A stretch of 61,127 bases of DNA, filler included. It is 12 parts of 12 records of this genome, joined end to end, with 100 filler letters (N's around TTAATTAATTAA, not from the genome) between each part and the next. Parts side by side here need not be neighbours in the genome. Positions count along the whole stretch, not along the records: positions 49,828 to 53,216 come from SRR7504441_12302; positions 53,317 to 57,829 come from SRR7504441_12303; positions 57,930 to 61,127 come from SRR7504441_12364; 9 more parts are not named here. One strand, written 5' to 3'. Position numbers and translations under genes: made by a program. This document shows positions 53,097-61,127 of the stretch, piece by piece. How positions within the stretch are numbered: the stretch's first letter is position 1; the number at the start of each line of letters is the position of its first letter. Under the pieces are notes generated by a model. That model worked only from the letters and a program-made list of their open reading frames with translations. It did no database searches and was not told the DNA's origin.

Positions 53097-53356
53097 ATAC
53101 ATGTACACGTCTATACTTTTCAGAGAGTTGCAATTGAGACTCTAACTCGTTTATTATAAAGCTTGAGTTCAGCGTGAGGCCATTACGCGATTAAAGTGTC
53201 CTCTCGATTAAAAAAANNNNNNNNNNNNNNNNNNNNNNNNNNNNNNNNNNNNNNNNNNNNTTAATTAATTAANNNNNNNNNNNNNNNNNNNNNNNNNNNN
53301 NNNNNNNNNNNNNNNNCCAGGTCTGCCAGCTGGAATGCAGCCCGGGGCTGGTGTTG

Positions 53357-55225
53357 ATGGACGACACTGAGCGCCCCGTGAAGCGCGCCAGAATGGACAG
53401 CCAGCCGGAGCAGAACGGAGCCCCTCCGGAGCCGCCGGCCGCCGGCCAATTCGACCGGTCCGAGTTGGTCCGCTTGCTGACGCAGTGCATCTCCGGGCTC
53501 GGGTACCAGCAGGCAGCCGACCAGCTCCAGGAAGAGTCCGGAGTGGTCTTCCAGGCCGCCGGCGTCAACCAGTTCCGGCAGCAGGTGCTGCCCCGTCCGT
53601 CCCCGCCGGTGCTGACCCGGACGGCAGGTGCTCGACGGTGAATGGCAGAAGGCCGCCGACAAGATCCCGGAGCTGGAGCTCCGGTGCCCTGCCCGTCCGG
53701 CGGGCGGCCAGCCGGGACAGGAGCCCGGATGACGGGACGGCGATTCGGTTCGTGCTGGCCGAGCAGAAATATCTGGAGCTGCTCGAGCTGGCTGAGGTCG
53801 AATCGGCGCTGCAAGTGCTCCGGACCGAGCTCACCACTCTCAAGTGACCGGCCGGCCGGGCACGGCGAGGCTTGGGCAGCTACGACACCGAGCGGCTGCA
53901 CCAGCTGACGGCGCTGATCATGTGCAAGACGCCGGCCCAGCTGCGGGAGATGCACCAGTGGAGAGGCCGGGACGGAGGATCGAGACAGGAGCTGCTGCTG
54001 GTGTGCTGGCCGGTAGGGCCCAGACTGAGAGTGGCCGCAGCGGCTGGAGGAGTTTATCCCGGCGTCGGTGATGGTGCCGGACCGGCGGCTGGAGGTGCTG
54101 CTCGGACAGGCCCAGCAGTACCAGTGCGACGCGCTGCTGGTGCCGCAACTGGGATACACCAAGTTCTCCCTCCTTCAGGCGGCCACAGCAGGGTCTGCGG
54201 CTGACGGCGAGGGCAGGACCACAAGAGCGACCCGGCGCAGCTGCCGTCTGTAGCTAGCCAGGTGCTCTCGAGTCACAAGGACGAGGTGTGGTTTGTCAAG
54301 TTCAGCAAGTGCGGCCAGCTGCTGGCTTCATCATCAAAGGATGCGCGCGCGATCATCTGGACGGTGCAAGAGGATCGTCTGGAGCAACGGCACGTGCTGG
54401 ACGCGCACGAAAAGGCGATCTCGGACCTGTCGTGGGCCCCAAACCGGACGTGGCTGCTCACTGCTGCTGCTGATAACATGCTAAAGCTGTGGGACGGGCT
54501 GACTGGTGAATGCCTGCGGACGATTGACTGCCACTCCAAGCCAGTCCAGGCCTGCACCTGGCTGGCCGATGGGAGCCGGTTCGTGTCATCCGGACTGGAC
54601 AAGCTCCTGGCTGTGCTCGACCCGGAGACGGGCGAGCTGGTCCATAGCTTTGAAAACAATTTCGTGGTACACAATGTGCAGCCTGGGGCCGCCCCGGGGA
54701 CTGTAGTGGCCTCGTGCTCAGACCACAAGCTCCGGCGGTTCGATACAGCCGACCACGGCGTGCGGGTGCTCGTGTCGGAGCCGGCTGCAGTGACCTCGCT
54801 CTCTACCTCGCGCGATGGCAGGCTGGCCGTGGTGAGTCTGTGCTCTGATGAGCCTCGGAGCAATCCATTGAGGGTTTGGGACCTGGAGGAGCAGCAGCTG
54901 CTGGGCGAGTATCGGGGGCACGTGCAAGGCAAATACGTCATCCGGTGGCTGGCTGATTGGGTGATTGCTTCACTGGGGCCACAGGTCGGTGATTGGAGGC
55001 CCGGCTGATGCGTTCGTGGCAAGTGGGAGTGAGGACCACAAGGTTTATGTGTGGCATCGGGCCAGGGGTGCGCTGCTCGAGGTGCTTGCAGGGCACACCG
55101 GGATGGTCAACTGCGTGGCGTGGAGCCCGACCAACCCGCACCTGCTGGTCTCGGCCAGCGATGACAACACGATGCGAGTGTGGCTACCCCACGGATCTGT
55201 GAACTGCGCCGATGTGACTCAGTGA
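53357..55225 (+). CDS. WDR26: WD-repeat protein 26 (CTLH/GID7 subunit); 6 introns
   Basis: LisH ELVRLLTQCISGLGY, CTLH EQKYLELLE, VPDRRLEVLL, HKDEVWFVKFS, FVASGSED, HTGMVNCVAWSP. Confidence 0.93.
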
Positions 55226-55442
55226 GCAATAAGTGAGCAAATCCTTTATGAAATGCAGCATATGCCGTGCTCTTTCGACCTAAATCCCCCCAAAGGTGTC
55301 AGATCTTGTTAAAACTCATTGCGGGTCCCGACGGCTACTAGAAAAACACTGGTTTACTTACGGCGGGCCGCGGTCTGCAGTCTCGGTGCGATGACCGTTA
55401 TGCACAACGGCCACGAGCCTCCGCCAACTGCCGCCTCGCGAG

Positions 55443-56528
55443 ATGGAGACCTTGTGCCCGCGAAGCGACGGCAGCTCGCTGATGCAGATCGAAGAGCGGA
55501 ACTTGCTGGCCACCGCGGCCGGTCGGAGCGCCGCGGCTACCTCGGGCTCCTGGCCGTTGCTCTGCTGGGGTGCAGCCGTCCAGAGCGGCACCGATCGGCG
55601 CGCGTCGCGCCCCGGGCGGCCGGAGAGCTGGATCGACAACGGCACCGCGCACCTGGGCGCCGACGGCCTGACCAAATGGGGATCGTCGCCTCGGCAGCCG
55701 AGCCAGCATGGTCTTTCCGGTCCTCGGCCCAAGACGATCCGGCCGCCGGGCTACCACTGGGCGGGTCCAAGTGGGATCCAACTGTGTCATCCAGACCTGG
55801 AGCACCCGGACAGGAACGCCTCGGCGCACGAGCTGTACCAGGGATTCCTGCACGCTCCAGTCCACTGCCACCGCGGGCCAATGGCCCAAGCGGCCCACCA
55901 GCTGCTGCCCCGCCGGCCGGTGACCCACCCGTTTGACCCGTCGGCCACCAAGGCCTGGGATCGGGACTCGGGCGCCCTGGTTCGGACGGTCCGATCGGAC
56001 GATCCGTCCTGGTGGGACCCGACCTGGGCTTGCACGTCCACCAAGCAGTACGCCGACCCGCGCTCGCTGCACTACATCACTCAAGCACAGGCAAAGCCAG
56101 ACCCAACAGTGCCCCGGGTCTCGCTCGACCCCAAGGCCAACCCGGCGGTCAGCTGGACTGGCGACACTTCACACCGGCCGGTCACCAGCCTCAGCTGGAG
56201 TGAAGCCAAGCCGGCCTGCCCGCACCAGGCGTACGTCGATCAGATTGCCCGGGCCAACGCCAAGGACCACAGGCTCACAGTCGAGGCGGTGGACACCACC
56301 GAGCTCCGGCCGTACCGGCCGTCCTGCCCGTGGTCCCGCGGGGCCCGCGATCAGGGCCGCCGGTCGATCGAGTTCCGCGAGCTTGACAGGGCGCCGCTCG
56401 CGTCTGACCGCGCCGTGTGTGCTGCGGCCGGGATCGCACCTACCTCGGCCCGGCTGATGCGCCAGCTGCAGACCGAGCACGGCGGGGCGTTCGATGCTGA
56501 GATGGCCGCGCTGTTCAACTGCCACTGA
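55443..56528 (+). CDS. Hypothetical protein; intronless
   Basis: 361-aa ATG-initiated ORF, Trp/Pro-rich; no family recognised. Confidence 0.5.
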   Translation: METLCPRSDGSSLMQIEERNLLATAAGRSAAATSGSWPLLCWGAAVQSGTDRRASRPGRPESWIDNGTAHLGADGLTKWGSSPRQPSQHGLSGPRPKTIRPPGYHWAGPSGIQLCHPDLEHPDRNASAHELYQGFLHAPVHCHRGPMAQAAHQLLPRRPVTHPFDPSATKAWDRDSGALVRTVRSDDPSWWDPTWACTSTKQYADPRSLHYITQAQAKPDPTVPRVSLDPKANPAVSWTGDTSHRPVTSLSWSEAKPACPHQAYVDQIARANAKDHRLTVEAVDTTELRPYRPSCPWSRGARDQGRRSIEFRELDRAPLASDRAVCAAAGIAPTSARLMRQLQTEHGGAFDAEMAALFNCH

Positions 56529-56790
56529 TAGTGCAGCTGAACGGCTTGGCCAGCTCGGTAAGTCGAATAGCTGCGCAATGCAGGATGTGCTTTGCACCAT
56601 GCTTGCTCGAGTCGAGACTCTTCCCTTTGATTAAGTTTCATATTTTGATAAACAAGGTTATTTACTGAACAAGCATGCCATGCTTACAATCATGTTTGCT
56701 AGAGATTAGCTAGAGATAGCACGATCACTACGATACGAGCATGCAATGTAGTTTTGACACACATGATCCATCCCGACACAGCCGCCGAAC

Positions 56791-57829
56791 TCAGATGATC
56801 CGATCGAGCTCAGTGGCATAGTGCAGCGTCTCTTCGATCAGCTCCATCGCCGGTATCTATCCCGGCCTGACCAGCCACCCGCCTGCTGCCCACCTCATGC
56901 TTGTCGATTGTTTCCGCTACAAAGTCAATCCGGTCTCCCCGCACCACCCAACCCCTCTGTCCCACCCGGCTCGACCAGATCCGGCCCGGCTGGCCACCTC
57001 CTCGCAGAACCCGCCCAGTGTGCTCGGCTCTAGCATCAGGAGCTCAGCAGCCTTGGTACACGGGAGGCTCTTGTACGCCTTCTCACAGCAGCTGGCGATC
57101 TCCTCCCTGCCCGGCCGCCTCACGCCAGCCCGCGGTCTCGAAACCTGAGTGTGTCTGACAGAGTGTCCATGAACACAGAATACTCGGGCGACGGGAGTTG
57201 CTGCCTGAAGTGCACCACCTTGTGGTAGCTACCCTCCATTGACAGCTGCTCGAGCTGCACAGGAAACTGGACCGCCGCGCTGCTCAGCGGACCGGGCGCA
57301 ATCGTCTCCTGCCGGGCCGGGTCGTGCGGCTGGCCGGGGCGGGGCCGGACCAACTCGGTGTGGAACTCGTCGAGGCTCCCCTGGGCGAGCAGCCGGAGCA
57401 GGTTGAGCCCGAGCAGGGTCTCCTGCAGCGGCGAGGCCGGCAGCAAGCTCCTGCTGCCCGCTCGGCCGCCCAGCCAGCCGGAGGGGGGAGGCACCCGTAG
57501 TCCACGTAGTAGGGCTTGAGCATGGACATGTGCCTTTCAAACTCGCCGATCTCCTTCTCCCGCAGATTCAGCATCGCCGCCGCCTCAAACACATCGCCTG
57601 AGCCCGCTCTAAGCCACGCGCCCGCCCGCCCCGACCCACGCTCCAGCCCGAGAGCGTCGGCGCTCTTCTCCCCAGCGGCCATAGCCATCTTGAGCTGCCC
57701 CGGCCGCTGGCTCGCCCACCGGGCTGTGGGGCGCCTTGAGATCGCTGAGGGCCTTCTTGGCCTGGCCGGCATTGGACGTGGCGAGGCCCTTGAACCCGTC
57801 CACCTGCCGGCCCGCGGCTCGCCCCCCCC
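56791..57829 (-). CDS. PSMD8: 26S proteasome regulatory subunit Rpn12; at least 7 introns, 5' truncated
   Basis: FERHMSMLKPYYVDY, LLGLNLLRLL...EFHTELE, FPVQLEQLSMEGSYHKV, DTLREEIASCCEKAY, YATELDRII. Confidence 0.95.
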
Positions 57830-58512
57830 NNNNNNNNNNNNNNNNNNNNNNNNNNNNNNNNNNNNNNNNNNNNTTAATTAATTAANNNNNNNNNNNNNNN
57901 NNNNNNNNNNNNNNNNNNNNNNNNNNNNNTACGAATTTTGATACGTTCACAAGTCCAGCTTAGCCAGTTACTTTGTAGACTAGTACTTATCCAACCGATC
58001 AATCAGATTTCGAGCAGATGGCCCGAGGTCTAGTACTGCTATAGTACTGCACGCCGGAAGTAAGTTCAATACTCGTAGGCTGCAACCGGTTGTACAATTA
58101 TCAATAATAAAAGAAAAGGATCCATAGATCTTATTTTGCAATTAACACCACTTGTTCTCAAGCGACTCGATGTTATTTCATCGATCCCCGGCTTTATTGG
58201 CACACTGCTTCGGTGGACCTCCGTGGACCCCGCCGGTGCGCGCGTCGAAGCCAAGGACCCTAGTTGGACGCGCGGACGCGAAACTGCGAAAGGGTTGTAC
58301 AACCATTTCACCTCAGCCCAATCCACGAAGGACCTCCAGACCTTCAACTGCTTGATCGACCGAAGATGGATTTTGATTTTGGCTTCGTGCGGCAAAAATC
58401 GCGACTACGGCAGGGACCTAACCAACTGAGAAGACATGAGAGCCCACAATCTCTGATGCTTGAGACGCCCGAAGCGCGCGCTGAGGTTCTTCGAGCGGGA
58501 TCCTATTGTGCC

Positions 58513-60282
58513 ATGTCCTCCGCCGGCGCCGCGCCCGAAAGCTCGAGCACGCTCCAAGGCAGATTGCCGGCTGTGCCGGGGTCATACGCATGTCCGATCA
58601 CCACGGAGGTGATGGAGGACCCCGTGATGGCGGCCGACGGGTTCACCTACGAGCGGGAGGCCATCTCGTCGTGGATTCGTTGCAAGGGCACCTCGCCCAA
58701 GACCGGCCAGACGATGCCGCACGGCAACTTATACCCCAACCACGAGAAGCGGGCAGCGATCGCCGAATGGAAGAGCAAGTACGAAGGACCGCACACAGCG
58801 CAGCAGACCCAGTTGGCCAACTCGTCCACCAAGATTGCTTGGGCTTCCTCGTCCTCCGAGGCGGTCCAGGAACTCGAGCGGCTCGGGACGATGGTGATCC
58901 AGACGTGTACGGTGGTCCCGCCGCAACAACTTGCCCGGATGCGCGTCTGCCTCAAGGCGGACGAAAGCATCTGGTGCACGGAGGTTGAGCGGGCGGTCGA
59001 GAACGTTGAGAGCCATTGCCGGTCGGTGAGCGGGATGCTCAACCAGCGGATGCAGAAGGCCCAGATGACCGCGGAACGGGCGGCTAAGACCGGCAAGGAG
59101 ATGGCGGCCGGGGTGATTGATCTCCAGACTGAATTGAATAGTGCTCAGCAGCAAGTAAACATGCTCAAGCAACGGCTGGCTCAGGCGGGAGAGGGCCCTC
59201 GGAAGATGTGGTGCATGGAGCAGATGTATTCACGCGAGGCCGAGAAGATGCGGGACAGTTTGGTCAGCGCTGGCTGGCCGATGGAGGATCTGATGGCAGC
59301 AAGCAACGATAACAAGCGGCCCGTCGAGGCCGAGCAAGCTGACCAAGAGCACGAGACAGCAAAGCGCGCCAAGACATCTCAGACAGACTTGTCCTCGGAC
59401 CACGTGATGGAGCAGGCGCTGATGCTCGACCACGACTGCGGGCACGAGCGCGTGCTGACGGAGCTCGCCGCCGAGCTCGGAAACCAAGTCGCCAAGGCCA
59501 GATGCCAGCTCTCCGGCTGGGCAGGATTCAAGTCGGATTCAGCCGAGGCCTTCAGACTGCTCGAGCCGATCGCCAAGGACACCCCGGTCGGCCAGTGCTG
59601 CCTGGCCGAGTGCTACGAGTATGGGCTCGGAACTCAGCAAGATCCGAGCCAAGCTGTACTTTGGTACACGACCGCCGCAGACCAAGGTCTCCCGAGAGCC
59701 CAGTGCTCGCTCGGGGCGTGTTACCGGGACGGGATTGGCGTGGATGTTGACTTTCCCCGAGCGGCCGAGTTGTTCTGCAAGGCGGCTCAGCAGGGGCACG
59801 CGCGGGCCCAGTGCTGCATGGCAAAATGCTTTGAGCTCGGACGTGGTATGGAGCAGAGCCACATCAAGGCGCTCCAGTGGTATCACCTGGCGGCCCAGCA
59901 AGGGCACCCGTGGGGTCAATGCTGGCTGGGCACCGCCTGCCACCGAGGGCTCGGGATGCCTGTGAGCAGGCCGGCGGCTGAACAATGGTTCAAGAAGTCC
60001 GCCGAGCAAGGCGACCCGCAGGCGCTCTGCTGCCTGGGTGAGTACTGCGAGCATGGGCTCGTGGGGCAAGTCGACAAGCAGAAGGCCTTGATGTACTACA
60101 TGAAGTCTGCCAAGAAGGGCCATCCGAGGGCACAGCACCACCTGAGGCAACACATGAAGCGGATGCAAGCCGCCAAGGCGCAACAGGGCAACCCCCAGGG
60201 CAACCCCCAGGGCAATCCCCAGGGCCAGCGCTCTACACCCCCCCGAGCACCTGCCCCCGCACAATGGCCCAAGTGCCAGTAA
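58513..60282 (+). CDS. U-box E3 ligase with coiled coil and Sel1-like repeats; intronless; start may be further upstream
   Basis: CPITTEVMEDPVMAADGFTYEREAISSW...TSPKT; about 5-6 SLR units (AQCSLGACYRDGIGV...KAAQQGH); GNPQ x3 tail. Confidence 0.92.
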   Translation: MSSAGAAPESSSTLQGRLPAVPGSYACPITTEVMEDPVMAADGFTYEREAISSWIRCKGTSPKTGQTMPHGNLYPNHEKRAAIAEWKSKYEGPHTAQQTQLANSSTKIAWASSSSEAVQELERLGTMVIQTCTVVPPQQLARMRVCLKADESIWCTEVERAVENVESHCRSVSGMLNQRMQKAQMTAERAAKTGKEMAAGVIDLQTELNSAQQQVNMLKQRLAQAGEGPRKMWCMEQMYSREAEKMRDSLVSAGWPMEDLMAASNDNKRPVEAEQADQEHETAKRAKTSQTDLSSDHVMEQALMLDHDCGHERVLTELAAELGNQVAKARCQLSGWAGFKSDSAEAFRLLEPIAKDTPVGQCCLAECYEYGLGTQQDPSQAVLWYTTAADQGLPRAQCSLGACYRDGIGVDVDFPRAAELFCKAAQQGHARAQCCMAKCFELGRGMEQSHIKALQWYHLAAQQGHPWGQCWLGTACHRGLGMPVSRPAAEQWFKKSAEQGDPQALCCLGEYCEHGLVGQVDKQKALMYYMKSAKKGHPRAQHHLRQHMKRMQAAKAQQGNPQGNPQGNPQGQRSTPPRAPAPAQWPKCQ

Positions 60283-60612
60283 CTTTTCCCGAGAATCTAT
60301 AGGCCGTGTAAAAAGGATGTGTACCAATAGACCAAGCGCGCTGGACGGCTGCAGCGTGTGTCTCGAGAGTTGGAGTATTATAATATCATTAACGTCAGAA
60401 ATATATTAAAATGGCTAGTCCACGTAACGGGGTTTTATTCACTGCTGTGGCATCATTAGATGCCATGTGCATGGACGTCAAGAATAAGATACGTAGTGCT
60501 AAGAAGAAGACCGTGTCTTAGCTTGTCGAACCAAAGATCTAAGTATACTTGGTGTAAAGGTGCACGCACCCAAAAGTGAATGCTCCAAACGGTGCTCGCT
60601 ACTAGTGCGGCC

Positions 60613-61127
60613 TCAGTAGAACGTTTTCACCCTTTTCCCGCGTCCCCCGGTCTGATTAGACCACACGACCTGAGCTCTGGAGAAGCTCATCTGTCGCTTA
60701 TGTGCAATCCGTGGCGCGGGCACCAGCACTACTTGCCTGCGGACAGAGCTCAGCGGCCGCAGCCAGGCCATCCAGCACCCGTGCGAGTCTGACGCCAGCA
60801 TCGTCGAGTCTGTCCGACGCAGCGCCAGACTTGCGTTCCCCTGTGCCCTCGAGCACGCCCGCAGGCCGTTCCCGCCCCCATTGAGCGAGAAGACCACTTG
60901 CACCGTGCTCCCGCCCACGATTGAGCAGGCGCTCAATGTGGCGCTTGCGTCCCCCAGCCGACGCCCCCCGTATGCGAGCCGATGCCCGTGCACCCCCTGC
61001 CCGGCCGGCTGACGCTTGGGCCCGCAGGCGGCAGCGGGACCTGGCTGTCCGCCACGATCTGCTCTAGCCCGCCGACTGTGTCGGACGAGTCGCATTCTAG
61101 TAGGGAGGTGTTGCCACACGGCATCCG
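60613..61127 (-). CDS. Ubiquitin-like domain protein ending LNGG plus an extension; 5' truncated, with introns
   Basis: Spliced GNTSLLECDSSDTVGGLEQIVADSQ|GVHGHRLAYGGRRLGD...TLSACSIVGGSTVQVVFSLNGG. Confidence 0.6.
   Translation of the reverse strand, partial: DAVWQHLPTRMRLVRHSRRARADRGGQPGPAAACGPKRQPAGQGVHGHRLAYGGRRLGDASATLSACSIVGGSTVQVVFSLNGGGNGLRACSRAQGNASLALRRTDSTMLASDSHGCWMAWLRPLSSVRRQVVLVPAPRIAHKRQMSFSRAQVVWSNQTGGRGKRVKTFY

Overview
This window is not a continuous locus. It is 12 unrelated contigs joined by 11 artificial 100-bp spacers (N44-TTAATTAATTAA-N44). The DNA is gene-dense and GC-rich and comes from a eukaryotic protist nuclear genome; no plastid genes or RNA genes were seen. Genes are interrupted by very short spliceosomal introns (mostly 36-48 nt), and about one in five of those I could anchor to conserved proteins has a GC donor. 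Recognisable genes include an IP3-receptor-type Ca2+ channel, a purple acid phosphatase, ETF-alpha, a UBE2K-type E2, RadA/Sms, PITP, a DNAJC3-like co-chaperone, a microsomal epoxide hydrolase, WDR26, proteasome Rpn12 and a U-box/Sel1 protein. The standout is on contig 8 (43389-46574, minus strand): after removing two short GT-AG introns, a canonical LOV flavin photosensor (GRNCRFLQG) is fused in frame to a complete RBOH/NOX-type NADPH oxidase. This is a candidate blue-light-gated superoxide generator. Other notable items are a CHUP1-C-like protein, a family of stand-alone cullin N-terminal modules on two contigs, a DHEC variant of the DHHC palmitoyltransferase, a fungal-luciferase-family domain and an isolated P-type ATPase actuator domain fused to ankyrin repeats. 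All family assignments come from motif recognition by eye, not database searches.
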